Positions 8,701-16,751 of a DNA stretch of 25,655 bases are shown here, piece by piece. The stretch's first letter is position 1. Each line of letters begins with the position of its first letter. The translations under genes were made by a program, and so were the position numbers. The notes under the pieces are model-generated. The model saw nothing but the letters and a program-made list of their open reading frames with translations, had not been told where the DNA came from and made no database searches. This DNA comes from an uncultured Nitrospiraceae bacterium (lineage in GTDB: Bacteria > Nitrospirota > Thermodesulfovibrionia > UBA6902). The DNA lies in NCBI GenBank assembly GCA_964410825.1, contig CAYPIT010000001.1, positions 1 through 25,655 of the forward strand, read 5' to 3'.

Positions 8701-9007
8701 TGTGCTTGCACTTAATAAAACGGATGGTGATCATCTGAATTTAAAGACAGGAGACATTATTATTCTCGAAAACCCTTTGAAAAACAGAATGCAGGGCAAG
8801 GTCTTTTTAACCGAAGATGTAATGCCGGGAGTTATAAAAACCGCCTTTGGGCCTGGGGGTCAAAAGGCGTCCGGTGCAGGTTTGTTAAATCATACTTCAT
8901 TTTATACACAAAATATTAACAGGCTCTTCAACACCAAAAACCTTTCCCCTTTTACCGGGATGCCGGGATTCGGAGACATTATAGTAAAGATTATTAAACA
9001 CAACTAA
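5732..9007 (+). CDS. Fused 4x[4Fe-4S] electron-transfer domain + Mo/W-bisPGD oxidoreductase catalytic domain (Psr/Phs/Soe-like clade of the DMSO reductase family)
   Basis: Residues about 1-184: CVGCYACQVSC, LCNHCENAPCIESC, CTGCQQCYDKC, KCDFC...CVQSC (PsrB/NrfC/DmsB type). Then a Ser/Thr/Lys linker, SCAMCPSECG...LCAKG (FS0 cluster), GTPNTFDHGSIC (putative Cys353 Mo ligand), IDPSFTNSASHADIWLPIKPGTD, ADIVLPEAGYLER and C-terminal YPFQLISGR. No twin-arginine leader. Confidence 0.9.
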   Translation: MAKQSKRFAMLVNIDRCVGCYACQVSCKAEYNIPFGTFRCKVETYHSGIYPHNNKFFLPRLCNHCENAPCIESCDETALFKNDDGIVLLDHDKCTGCQQCYDKCPYNAIDIRPITGQVEKCDFCYSRRLLKGLLPVCVQSCMGKAITFGDINDPKSEIVSVLEHCDIKVLNPELNANPSVFYVYKSDSLNSPLRDHKITIKSSTKSASTEPAVSLNEDSAKIIYSSCAMCPSECGIAVAVENGFAKKIYGNPHSLINNGTLCAKGASGLQLTYSPYRIKTPLMRIGKRGEDRWKEITWDEASKHIAVKLIEIKKAHGPESVFLNCGDVTDREAYYRLFHAFGTPNTFDHGSICDPNRRWGHGIMTGDERPLPDIQRPCLLRNSEGEIHLYKNHDIKLLLNIGVNPLVAARFNYMSSGIPGAREENKCKYIVIDPSFTNSASHADIWLPIKPGTDAALLASMLYHIICNDSPDNASQGYIDHDFLRDYTTGWQEFKGAFLSYTDKKDPSNEFNFFTPEWAENITGISANNIKNISHLFGITKPAAIEIGMHGTAHHSNGDVTSILMTTLCLITGNMDIPGGLVFIDSQKAKKGDFVAGKKFLEKVTNKKVNGSDIQGKHSELHKDLYGDFPAAWRGVLADLPMKIRKGITLKHGPFKNYKYPVRAFISRAGNPVMTAGNSHDWVNAVTAMDKNGEYTLDLMVFIDTHITETGKYADIVLPEAGYLERIGLSDVYTMSPEIAIRDQVIKPLHGSKTPFEIMTVLANALVNNGDSDIRPEDFEKYINEEEFINDLLRESPGFYNIGSPLPYPDLPEGCLITGIPDNTTATWGNTIIKKGEPLTVDWLRKNNGVAVWPSSYYRYKKKDGSPSGVYPKTGSKKFEFKFGYLAKINSRLGTNFPSTFYWSESKWSHGNESFNDAVKEYPFQLISGRAHYAMTMTGICPYLAETNTECMQPLNNEFQHIVPEVKNIPEEYGISAGKITFKSGTVSIPVLALNKTDGDHLNLKTGDIIILENPLKNRMQGKVFLTEDVMPGVIKTAFGPGGQKASGAGLLNHTSFYTQNINRLFNTKNLSPFTGMPGFGDIIVKIIKHN

Positions 9008-9082
9008 ATACCGCCATCTCCCATGGCAGATTCCAGCTTTCGGTATTTACCTTGAAAAAACTCAGTTTTATTGCTAAATTAA

Positions 9083-9120
9083 CCCTCATCAGTAATAGAG
9101 AGATGAAGGGATATTTTTTC
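9083..9120 (+). terminator. Possible intrinsic terminator between the Mo-enzyme gene and pheA
   Basis: CCCTCATC / GATG(A)AGGG stem with one bulge, followed by ATATTTTTTC. Confidence 0.35.
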
Positions 9121-9196
9121 TAACTATATGCATCGTTGATCCCGGATTCCTGAAACTGTTTTATATCATATTTGCTTTGCAGATCATAAGAGTAAA

Positions 9197-10273
9197 ATGA
9201 AAAAAACTTCTGAATTGCAGAAACTCCGATCTAAAATCGACAAGATCGACCTGAAGATAGTTGAACTGCTAAATGAGAGGGCACAGATAGTCCTGGAAGT
9301 GGGCAGGGCTAAACAGAGCAACCGGCTGAAGATTCATTCCCAGGTAAGAGAAAAAGCGATATTGCGCAAACTTCAGGAGAGTAATACAGGACCTTTCCCT
9401 AATGAAGCACTGAAACTGATTTATGAAGAAATCCTGTCAGCTTCGGTCGCTCTCCAGCAACCTTTAAAGATTGCCTATCTGGGACCGTCTGCAACCTTCA
9501 CACATTTTGCAGCGAGACGAAAATTCGGGTCATCTTCGGAGTACCTGCCGGAAAGCACGATAAAAGAAGTTTTTGAGGCGGTTTTCAGGAACAAGGTAAA
9601 TTACGGAGTAGTGCCTATCGAAAACTCTACAGAAGGTGTAGTCAACTACACTCTCGATATGTTTATGGATTCAGATTTAATGATCTCATCCGAAATTGTG
9701 CTTGAAATATCGCATAACTTACTGTCAAAGTTGGGGCAAAAAGCAAGTGTCCGGAAAATTTACTCACATCCTCAGGCAAAGGCGCAGTGTCGAAGCTGGC
9801 TCGAGAGAAATTTTCCGGGTGTGCAGATTATTGATGAGATCAGTACAGCTGCCGCCGCAAAGCGCGCATCAAGGTCTCCTGATTCTGCGGCTGTCGCCAG
9901 TGAATTGGCGGCCTCCGTATACGGCCTGAAGATTATTGAAAAAAGCATCGAAGACAACAAGAAAAACGTTACAAGATTTATGGTAATTGCAAAGGAATCA
10001 CCTGGCAAAACAGGAAAAGATAAGACATCAATAATGTTCACCATTAAAGACAAGCCCGGTGCGCTGTTCTTGATTTTACGTCCCTTTTCAAGGCATAAAA
10101 TAAATCTTACAAAAATCGAGTCAAGACCTTCAAAAAGAAAGGCATGGGAATATATGTTCTTTGTGGATATGGAAGGGCATATTGATGATAAAAACGTCAT
10201 GAAGGCGATAAAGGATGTTCAAAAGGAGTGCCTGTTTTTTAAAGTGCTCGGTTCATACCCTTCGGCAGAATAA
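9197..10273 (+). CDS. pheA: Bifunctional chorismate mutase/prephenate dehydratase (P-protein) with ACT domain
   Basis: LRSKIDKIDLKIVELLNERA (CM type II), IAYLGPSATFT, VPIENSTEG, NVTRFMVI, NLTKIESRP, WEYMFFVD. Confidence 0.97.
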   Translation: MKKTSELQKLRSKIDKIDLKIVELLNERAQIVLEVGRAKQSNRLKIHSQVREKAILRKLQESNTGPFPNEALKLIYEEILSASVALQQPLKIAYLGPSATFTHFAARRKFGSSSEYLPESTIKEVFEAVFRNKVNYGVVPIENSTEGVVNYTLDMFMDSDLMISSEIVLEISHNLLSKLGQKASVRKIYSHPQAKAQCRSWLERNFPGVQIIDEISTAAAAKRASRSPDSAAVASELAASVYGLKIIEKSIEDNKKNVTRFMVIAKESPGKTGKDKTSIMFTIKDKPGALFLILRPFSRHKINLTKIESRPSKRKAWEYMFFVDMEGHIDDKNVMKAIKDVQKECLFFKVLGSYPSAE

Positions 10274-10320
10274 ATGAATAAGGATTCAAGGGGTCTAGGC
10301 TCGAACCCTTCAGTTTTTAT

Positions 10321-11403
10321 ATGATTAAAGCACCGAACCACATAAGCGAAATTAAACCTTACATCCCCGGAATGCCGATTGAAGAGCTTGAAAGAGAACT
10401 CGGAATTAGCGGTTCTGTCAAGCTGGCTTCCAATGAAAACCCTGTCGGCCCGTCACCTCTTGCGATCAGGGCTCTGCGCAAAGAGATTGGTGAATTAAAC
10501 AGATATCCTGATGGAAACTGTCATTATCTGAGAAATGCTTTGTCCGACAAGCTAAACATCCGGCGTGATCAACTGATATTCGGCAACGGCTCAAATGAGA
10601 TTATCGAACTGGCTGTCAGAACGTTTCTCAGTCCAGGTGACGAAGCGATAATGGCGCATCCTTCTTTTGTAGTGTATTCAACTATTGTGCAGGCTGTAAA
10701 AGGAAAAAGTATTATTGTCCCGCTCAAAGACTGGCGCCATGACCTTAACGCAATGGCCGCTAAAATTACTGACAAGACCAGACTGATCTTTATAGCAAAT
10801 CCAAATAATCCTACCGGCACTATTAACACTCAAGATGAAATAGATTCATTTATGAAGCAGGTCCCTGATGACATACTGGTGATTATTGATGAAGCATATT
10901 ATGAGTATGTTGTTTCTCCTGATTATCCGCAGAGCATAAATTACCTGAAACATAACAGGGATATTTTAATACTTAGAACGTTTTCCAAAATTTGTGGGCT
11001 TGCAGGTCTTAGAATCGGATATGGAATCACCACAAACTTGATAAGCACCGAAATGAATAAAGTTCGCCAGCCTTTTAATGTAAACTTCCTTGCCCAGACA
11101 GCCGCCCTTGCAGCGTTGAATGACGATAATCATCTGGAAAAATCAAGAAAAATAAACGAAAGAGGCAAGAACTACCTTTATAAAGAACTTAAAAAATTAG
11201 GCCTGAGGTATATACCGACAGAAGCAAATTTCATATTTATACCTTTTAAAAACAAAATATCTGCTGAATTGTACAGTTCTCTATTAAATAAAGGAATTAT
11301 TATCAGACCTATGGGACCTGAAGCAGCACGAGTTACTATAGGAACGCCAAAGGAAAATAAATTATTGATCGAAGCATTGAGAAAATCAATCGTAAGTTTA
11401 TGA
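10321..11403 (+). CDS. hisC: Histidinol-phosphate/aromatic aminotransferase (PLP class II)
   Basis: KLASNENP, NRYPD, GNGSNEII, NPNNPTG, IDEAYYEY, RTFSKICGLAGLRIGY. Confidence 0.95.
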   Translation: MIKAPNHISEIKPYIPGMPIEELERELGISGSVKLASNENPVGPSPLAIRALRKEIGELNRYPDGNCHYLRNALSDKLNIRRDQLIFGNGSNEIIELAVRTFLSPGDEAIMAHPSFVVYSTIVQAVKGKSIIVPLKDWRHDLNAMAAKITDKTRLIFIANPNNPTGTINTQDEIDSFMKQVPDDILVIIDEAYYEYVVSPDYPQSINYLKHNRDILILRTFSKICGLAGLRIGYGITTNLISTEMNKVRQPFNVNFLAQTAALAALNDDNHLEKSRKINERGKNYLYKELKKLGLRYIPTEANFIFIPFKNKISAELYSSLLNKGIIIRPMGPEAARVTIGTPKENKLLIEALRKSIVSL

Positions 11404-11428
11404 AGATTGGAGGACAGTTTAACTCGTC

Positions 11429-12283
11429 ATGGATTTCAAACATGTAGCTATCATAGGCGTTGGACTTATCGGAAGTTCAGTCGCCCTTTCATTAAAGAAA
11501 GCAGGTTTCAATGGGAAAATATCTGGAATAGGAAGAAAGGAAGAAAATTTAGCCAGGGCCGGGGAACTCGGAATAATCGATTCGTTCACAACTTCACATG
11601 CTGAAGGTGTGAGAAATGCTGACCTCATTATACTGGCTTCTTCTGTACAGCATTTTAAACAGATTATAACAGACATAAAGGATGAGCTTAAAGAGGGTGC
11701 AATTGTAACAGATGTAGGAAGTGTTAAAGCAGAGATTGTAAATCAACTTGAACTTATTATGCCTGATGGAGTAAGTTTTGTAGCCGGCCACCCCATAGCA
11801 GGAAAAGAATATTCCGGCATAAACGCTGCATCTCCTGATCTTTTCAATAATGCAAAATGCGTAATCACTCCCACTGCAAACACAGATAAAAAGGCGCTGG
11901 AGAAAATCCGTGACTTCTGGGAATTTATAGGAACCGGCACAATAGTGATGAGCCCGGAAGAACATGACTCTATTTTTGCAGCGGTAAGCCACCTTCCTCA
12001 TATAGCGGCATACGCCCTGATTAATGCAATTAATGACGTTAACAAAGATATGTTACAGTTCAGCGGCAAGGGATTAAAAGATATGACGCGGATCGCTCTA
12101 AGTCCTACATCGCTTTGGCGGGATATATGCAGCTATAACAGGAAAGATATTATCCTGTCACTGAAAAGCTTCTCATCTTCGATCTCTCGAATGATACAAT
12201 TTTTTGAAGAATCAGACTGGGAGGGTCTGGAAAAAGAATTCAAAAGGGCTAACGAGGCAAGACAGCTCATTGAATCAGATTAA
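11429..12283 (+). CDS. tyrA: Prephenate/arogenate dehydrogenase
   Basis: IIGVGLIGSS Rossmann motif, TDVGSVK, FVAGHPIAGKE, HDSIFAAVSHLPH, DMTRIA. Confidence 0.95.
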   Translation: MDFKHVAIIGVGLIGSSVALSLKKAGFNGKISGIGRKEENLARAGELGIIDSFTTSHAEGVRNADLIILASSVQHFKQIITDIKDELKEGAIVTDVGSVKAEIVNQLELIMPDGVSFVAGHPIAGKEYSGINAASPDLFNNAKCVITPTANTDKKALEKIRDFWEFIGTGTIVMSPEEHDSIFAAVSHLPHIAAYALINAINDVNKDMLQFSGKGLKDMTRIALSPTSLWRDICSYNRKDIILSLKSFSSSISRMIQFFEESDWEGLEKEFKRANEARQLIESD

Positions 12284-13580
12284 TATAAAATACAGGGGCT
12301 CTCTCCGCGGAGAAATTATCTCCCCTCCAGACAAATCAATTTCCCATCGTGCAATAATGCTTTCATCCCTCGCTAATGGGAAAAGTATTATAAATAATTT
12401 CCTGCGCGCAGAAGATCCCATGAGAACTATCGAGGCCTTAAGGCAGATGGAAATCGAAATAGAGTTCAGAGTTAAGAGTAAGGAGTTAAGAGAGCGGTCC
12501 AACGAAATAATAATTAAGGGCAAAGGATTGACCGGACTTAAAGAACCTGCCGGCACAATAGACTGTGGGAACTCGGGAACAACAATGAGGCTTTTGAGCG
12601 GAGTACTCGCAGGACAGCCATTTTCTTCACAGTTAACCGGAGACTCGTCGTTAAAAAGCAGGCCCATGCAAAGGATAATAACACCACTCTCACAGATGGG
12701 AGCAATTATCAGCTCTGAAAGAGATGGCTATCCACCTCTTAAAATAAAAGGTGGTTCTTTGCGGCCTATCAGTTACAGTTCTCCTGTTGCTAGCGCACAG
12801 GTTAAATCAGCAATACTCCTGGCAGGGCTTTATTGTGACGGTATAACAAGAGTTATTGAACCCGGAAAATCAAGGGATCATACTGAAAGAATGCTAATGG
12901 CATGCGGTGCAGACATTAATGTAGAGAATTCTACTGTTACCGTCAGAGGGATGGAACCTCTGAATCCTATAGATGTCACAATCCCGGGTGATCTCTCATC
13001 AGCTGCATATTTCATAGTAGCGGGATTGTTAGTACCTGAATCAGAAATATTGATCAGGGACACTGGTATAAATTCTACAAGAACAGGAGTAATAGACATT
13101 TTAAAAATGATGGGTGCAGACTTAAGGCTGGAGAACATGAGGGACGTATCAGGAGAACCTGTTGCAGACATATTTGTTAAATATTCAAAGCTTAAAGGTA
13201 TAGATATCAAAACTGATGAAATTCTGAGAGCGATTGATGAATTTCCCATAATATGTATAGCAGCCTCCTGTGCCGAAGGTGTTACCAGAATTACCGGTGA
13301 TAGAGAGCTGCGGGTGAAGGAGTCGGACAGGATAGCATCTATGGCTTCAGAATTAATGAAAATGGGAGTAGCGGTCGAGGAACTTGAAGATGGTCTTGTC
13401 ATTGAAGGCACGGACGAACTGCAGGCTGCATCTGTTAACAGTCATGGAGACCACAGAATTGCGATGTCTCTGGCTATAGCAGGGCTTACGGCCAAAGGAC
13501 AGATAACTATATCAGACACGGACTGTGTAAACACATCCTTCCCAGAATTTATGGCTTTGATAGAAGGTCTTCAGCATTGA
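12270..13580 (+). CDS. aroA: 3-phosphoshikimate 1-carboxyvinyltransferase (EPSP synthase, class II)
   Basis: PDKSISHRA, DCGNSGTTMRL, RPMQRI, SAQVKSA, RDHTERML, LRVKESDRI, HGDHRIAM. Start moved from 12204 to the in-frame TTG at 12270, which overlaps the tyrA end; the exact start is uncertain. Confidence 0.95.
   Translation: MNQINIKYRGSLRGEIISPPDKSISHRAIMLSSLANGKSIINNFLRAEDPMRTIEALRQMEIEIEFRVKSKELRERSNEIIIKGKGLTGLKEPAGTIDCGNSGTTMRLLSGVLAGQPFSSQLTGDSSLKSRPMQRIITPLSQMGAIISSERDGYPPLKIKGGSLRPISYSSPVASAQVKSAILLAGLYCDGITRVIEPGKSRDHTERMLMACGADINVENSTVTVRGMEPLNPIDVTIPGDLSSAAYFIVAGLLVPESEILIRDTGINSTRTGVIDILKMMGADLRLENMRDVSGEPVADIFVKYSKLKGIDIKTDEILRAIDEFPIICIAASCAEGVTRITGDRELRVKESDRIASMASELMKMGVAVEELEDGLVIEGTDELQAASVNSHGDHRIAMSLAIAGLTAKGQITISDTDCVNTSFPEFMALIEGLQH
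12461..12495 (+). repeat. Imperfect heptamer tandem repeat inside aroA
   Basis: agagttc-agagtta-agagtaa-ggagtta-agagagc, five 7-nt units. Confidence 0.7.
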
Positions 13581-14221
13581 AAAATGTTATAACCATCGAC
13601 GGCCCATGCGGTGCAGGGAAAGGGACAGTTGCAAAGGCCCTTGCAAAAAAACTCGGCTACAATTATCTGGACACAGGCGCACTATACAGGGCAATTGCCT
13701 GGAAGGCAAGGAAAGAAAAAATCAGTCCCGACAATATAAGTTCCATAAAAATAATGATCGAAAACACAGATATCAGGATTACTAATGACAGAATTACAGT
13801 CGATAATGTAGATGTGACATCTGAGATAAGGACCAATGAAATTGGTGAATTAAGTTCCAGGGTCTCTGCGCTGCCGGTCGTCCGGAAAAGACTTTTCAAT
13901 ATTCAAAAAGAAATATGTCTTAAGGGCAATGTAGTGATTGAAGGCAGGGATATCGGTACAACGATTTTCCCTGATGCCGAAAACAAATTTTTCCTTGACG
14001 CAAGCCTTGAAGAAAGAGCCAGGAGGAGATATGAGGAGCTAAAAACCCATTCCCCTGATATTACGATTAAATCTACAATGGAAGATATAAGGAAACGTGA
14101 TTTGAGAGATTCTTCGCGCAAGACCGCTCCGTTAAAAATAACAGATGATATGATTCAGATTGATTCAACTAAAATGAGTATAAAAGAGGTTGTATTGACA
14201 ATCATCAAAAATTTAAAGTAA
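13577..14221 (+). CDS. cmk: Cytidylate kinase
   Basis: ITIDGPCGAGKGT P-loop, YLDTGALYRA, VIEGRDIGT, FPDAE, FFLDASLEERARRR. The TTG start overlaps the aroA TGA. Confidence 0.96.
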   Translation: MKNVITIDGPCGAGKGTVAKALAKKLGYNYLDTGALYRAIAWKARKEKISPDNISSIKIMIENTDIRITNDRITVDNVDVTSEIRTNEIGELSSRVSALPVVRKRLFNIQKEICLKGNVVIEGRDIGTTIFPDAENKFFLDASLEERARRRYEELKTHSPDITIKSTMEDIRKRDLRDSSRKTAPLKITDDMIQIDSTKMSIKEVVLTIIKNLK

Positions 14222-14281
14222 TGCCTTAACAGTCAGCAGCATTTTCCATTGTTAACAAGTTTAAAGTTTTTATGATAGAAA

Positions 14282-14929
14282 ATGGATTCAATTTATATTT
14301 TTACATATAAGCTGGTTGCTTTCACAATAAGATTAATTCTTCGTTTTAACGGCGGTCTTGATACTAAAGGAAAAGATAACGTGCCGGCTGAAGGTGGAGT
14401 AATAATAGCGGCAAATCATATAAGCTATTTAGACCCGCCTTTGTTAGGCTCGGTGCTTCCCCGGGTAGCGACTTTTATGGCAAGAAGGGGTCTTTTTGAT
14501 GTCCCGGTACTTGGATGGATGATAAAACGTGCCGCTTTTCCGGTTGACAGAGAAAAACCGCGCCCGTCAACAATCAAAGATGCTGTAAGGCGGCTTAAAA
14601 AGGGTGAACTCATCGTAATGTTCCCTGAAGGCGGAAGAAATGAAACAGGTCAACTGCAAGAAGCCAAGCGCGGAGTAGGAATGATAGCCAGTATTAGCAA
14701 TGTGCCTATAGTCCCGGCTCTTATTATCGGAACTGACAAAGCATTGCCAGTTGATGCTAAGTGGCTAAAAAGAAACAAAATATTAGTGATATTCGGCAAG
14801 CCGATATACCACAAATCATTAACAGAAAATGAAGATTCACCACCCCATCTGAAACACGATAAAGTTAGCGACAATGTCATGTCAGCCATAAAAAAGCTTC
14901 AAAAAAAATATGCAGAAAAAAAACGATGA
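14282..14929 (+). CDS. plsC: 1-acyl-sn-glycerol-3-phosphate acyltransferase
   Basis: NHISYLDP (HX4D), FPVDR, FPEGGR, VPIVP. Confidence 0.92.
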   Translation: MDSIYIFTYKLVAFTIRLILRFNGGLDTKGKDNVPAEGGVIIAANHISYLDPPLLGSVLPRVATFMARRGLFDVPVLGWMIKRAAFPVDREKPRPSTIKDAVRRLKKGELIVMFPEGGRNETGQLQEAKRGVGMIASISNVPIVPALIIGTDKALPVDAKWLKRNKILVIFGKPIYHKSLTENEDSPPHLKHDKVSDNVMSAIKKLQKKYAEKKR

Positions 14930-15110
14930 AAACGGAATATTGATGTTTATGATAAAGTATACCGACTGTAAACAACAGATTAAGATTGGCAATGCTTTTG
15001 AAAATATTATAAAGTCTACACAATAAGGAAGATTTTAACTTTACATTTGATCTTGGATCGTGTTCTGAAAAAAAAGCAATTTCTGTCAGGAGGTAATATA
15101 ATATATAACC

Positions 15111-16688
15111 ATGGAAATTCAGATGAATGACTTAGAAAAATTTTATGCCGACTCGTTTAAGGGATTAAAAGTTGGTGCGATAACTAAAGGTAAGATACTG
15201 CAAATAAAGGCAGACGGTATCATAGTTGACGTAGGTTTGAAATGTGAAGGCTTTATCCCTAAAAGAGAACTGGTCAATAATGAGCTTCATGATCTTCACC
15301 CCGGTGATGAAATCGAGGTCTTTATTGAAAGAATGAGCACTTCAGATGGCTTTGCTAAACTATCGAGGCAAAAGGCTGAAGGGGCAAGAATGTGGGATAA
15401 GATCGAAGATGCCTTCAATAACAGTCAACCTGTTGATGGGAAAATTACAGGAAAAGTCAAAGGAGGGATGACAGTCAGCATTGGAGGAGTTGTTGCTTTT
15501 CTTCCGGGTTCCCAGATCGATTTAAAAGCCCCAAAAAATACAGATGCCCTTATTGGACATACATTTTCATTCAAGGTTCTAAATTTTAACAATAAAGGTT
15601 CAAACGTGATTATTTCGCGACGTGCGCTTCTTGAAGAAGAGCGCAAAGAGCTAAGAGAAAAGACAATCTCAAAATTCAAAGAGGGACTTATTCTGGAAGG
15701 AATTGTTAAAAACCTTACGGATTACGGGGCATTTATTGACCTTGGGGGAATTGATGGTCTATTGCATATATCGGATATGTCATGGGGAAGGATAAGCCAT
15801 CCAGGGGAACTTTTCAGCATAGGTGACAAGGTCGAGGTGATCGTTCTTTCATTTGACCCCGGCAATAATAAAGTTACACTTGGCTACAAGCAGAAATCCG
15901 CTGACCCCTGGGAATCAGTCGAGGAAAAATATCCTCCCGATCATATTGTGATCGGAAAAATAATAACTATTACCGATTACGGAATATTTATTGAACTTGA
16001 AGAAGGGGTGGAGGGTCTCATTCATGTCAGTGAAATCGACTGGATAGAAAAAAACATAAAACCTTCTAAATATTTTTCTGTTGGAGAGAGCGTAGAAGCA
16101 ATCGTTCTTAAAGTCAGCAAAGGCGACAAAAAAATTTCGCTCAGTATACGCATGCTCAAACCTAACCCATGGGAAGTCATAAAGAATAAATATACTATCG
16201 GTCAAAAAATACTGGGAACAGTAAAAAGTTTTGCGGAGTTCGGGGCATTTGTCTCGCTTGACGAAGGGGTAGACGCGCTGCTTCACATATCCGATATGTC
16301 CTGGATCAAGAGGATAAGACATCCTTCCGATGTGCTAAAAAAAGGACAACAGATTGAAGTTGTTGTTCTTAACATTGAACCCGAGAAAGAAAGAATTTCT
16401 GTCGGCATTAAAGAACTGACTGCTGATCCATGGATTGAAGAAATACCCAATAAATACAGACTTGGAGATACAGTAAATTGTAAGGTTGTCAACATTACCG
16501 ACTTTGGCCTTTTTGTTGAATTTGACGATGGAATAGAAGGATTGATTCATAGATCTGAAGTCGATAAAAAACCTGATGAAAAAATGGAGGACCTCTTCAA
16601 AATTGGAGCCGAACTGTCTGCAAGAATAATCAATGTTATGCCTGACGAAAGAAAAATCGACCTCAGCATGAAAACCATGGTGGGGTAG
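15111..16688 (+). CDS. rpsA: 30S ribosomal protein S1 (six S1 domains)
   Basis: Six S1 repeats, e.g. TDYGAFIDLGGIDGLLHISDMSW, TDYGIFIELEEGVEGLIHVSE, TDFGLFVEFDDGIEGLIHRSE. Confidence 0.97.
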   Translation: MEIQMNDLEKFYADSFKGLKVGAITKGKILQIKADGIIVDVGLKCEGFIPKRELVNNELHDLHPGDEIEVFIERMSTSDGFAKLSRQKAEGARMWDKIEDAFNNSQPVDGKITGKVKGGMTVSIGGVVAFLPGSQIDLKAPKNTDALIGHTFSFKVLNFNNKGSNVIISRRALLEEERKELREKTISKFKEGLILEGIVKNLTDYGAFIDLGGIDGLLHISDMSWGRISHPGELFSIGDKVEVIVLSFDPGNNKVTLGYKQKSADPWESVEEKYPPDHIVIGKIITITDYGIFIELEEGVEGLIHVSEIDWIEKNIKPSKYFSVGESVEAIVLKVSKGDKKISLSIRMLKPNPWEVIKNKYTIGQKILGTVKSFAEFGAFVSLDEGVDALLHISDMSWIKRIRHPSDVLKKGQQIEVVVLNIEPEKERISVGIKELTADPWIEEIPNKYRLGDTVNCKVVNITDFGLFVEFDDGIEGLIHRSEVDKKPDEKMEDLFKIGAELSARIINVMPDERKIDLSMKTMVG

Positions 16689-16751
16689 GAATTGAAGATT
16701 AACAGCTAAGCATAGAATTCTTTTTTTCGAAACTATCGATCAAAATTAAAA

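Noticed and set aside
5732-9007. Calling the Mo enzyme a respiratory arsenate reductase/oxidase (ArrA/ArxA) because of the nearby ArsR
   Set aside because: No Tat leader, no (R/K)GRY motif, and no arsC, acr3/arsB or arrB-type context in the window.
9052-9080. TTGAAA-17-TAAATT promoter with a pheA attenuator
   Set aside because: The promoter match is plausible, but no Phe-rich leader peptide or antiterminator was found, and the predicted start would fall inside the hairpin arm.
14910-15026. 38-codon ORF (MQKKNDENG...) overlapping the plsC end
   Set aside because: No RBS, no motif, no resemblance to IspH, which can occur near this position in related operons.
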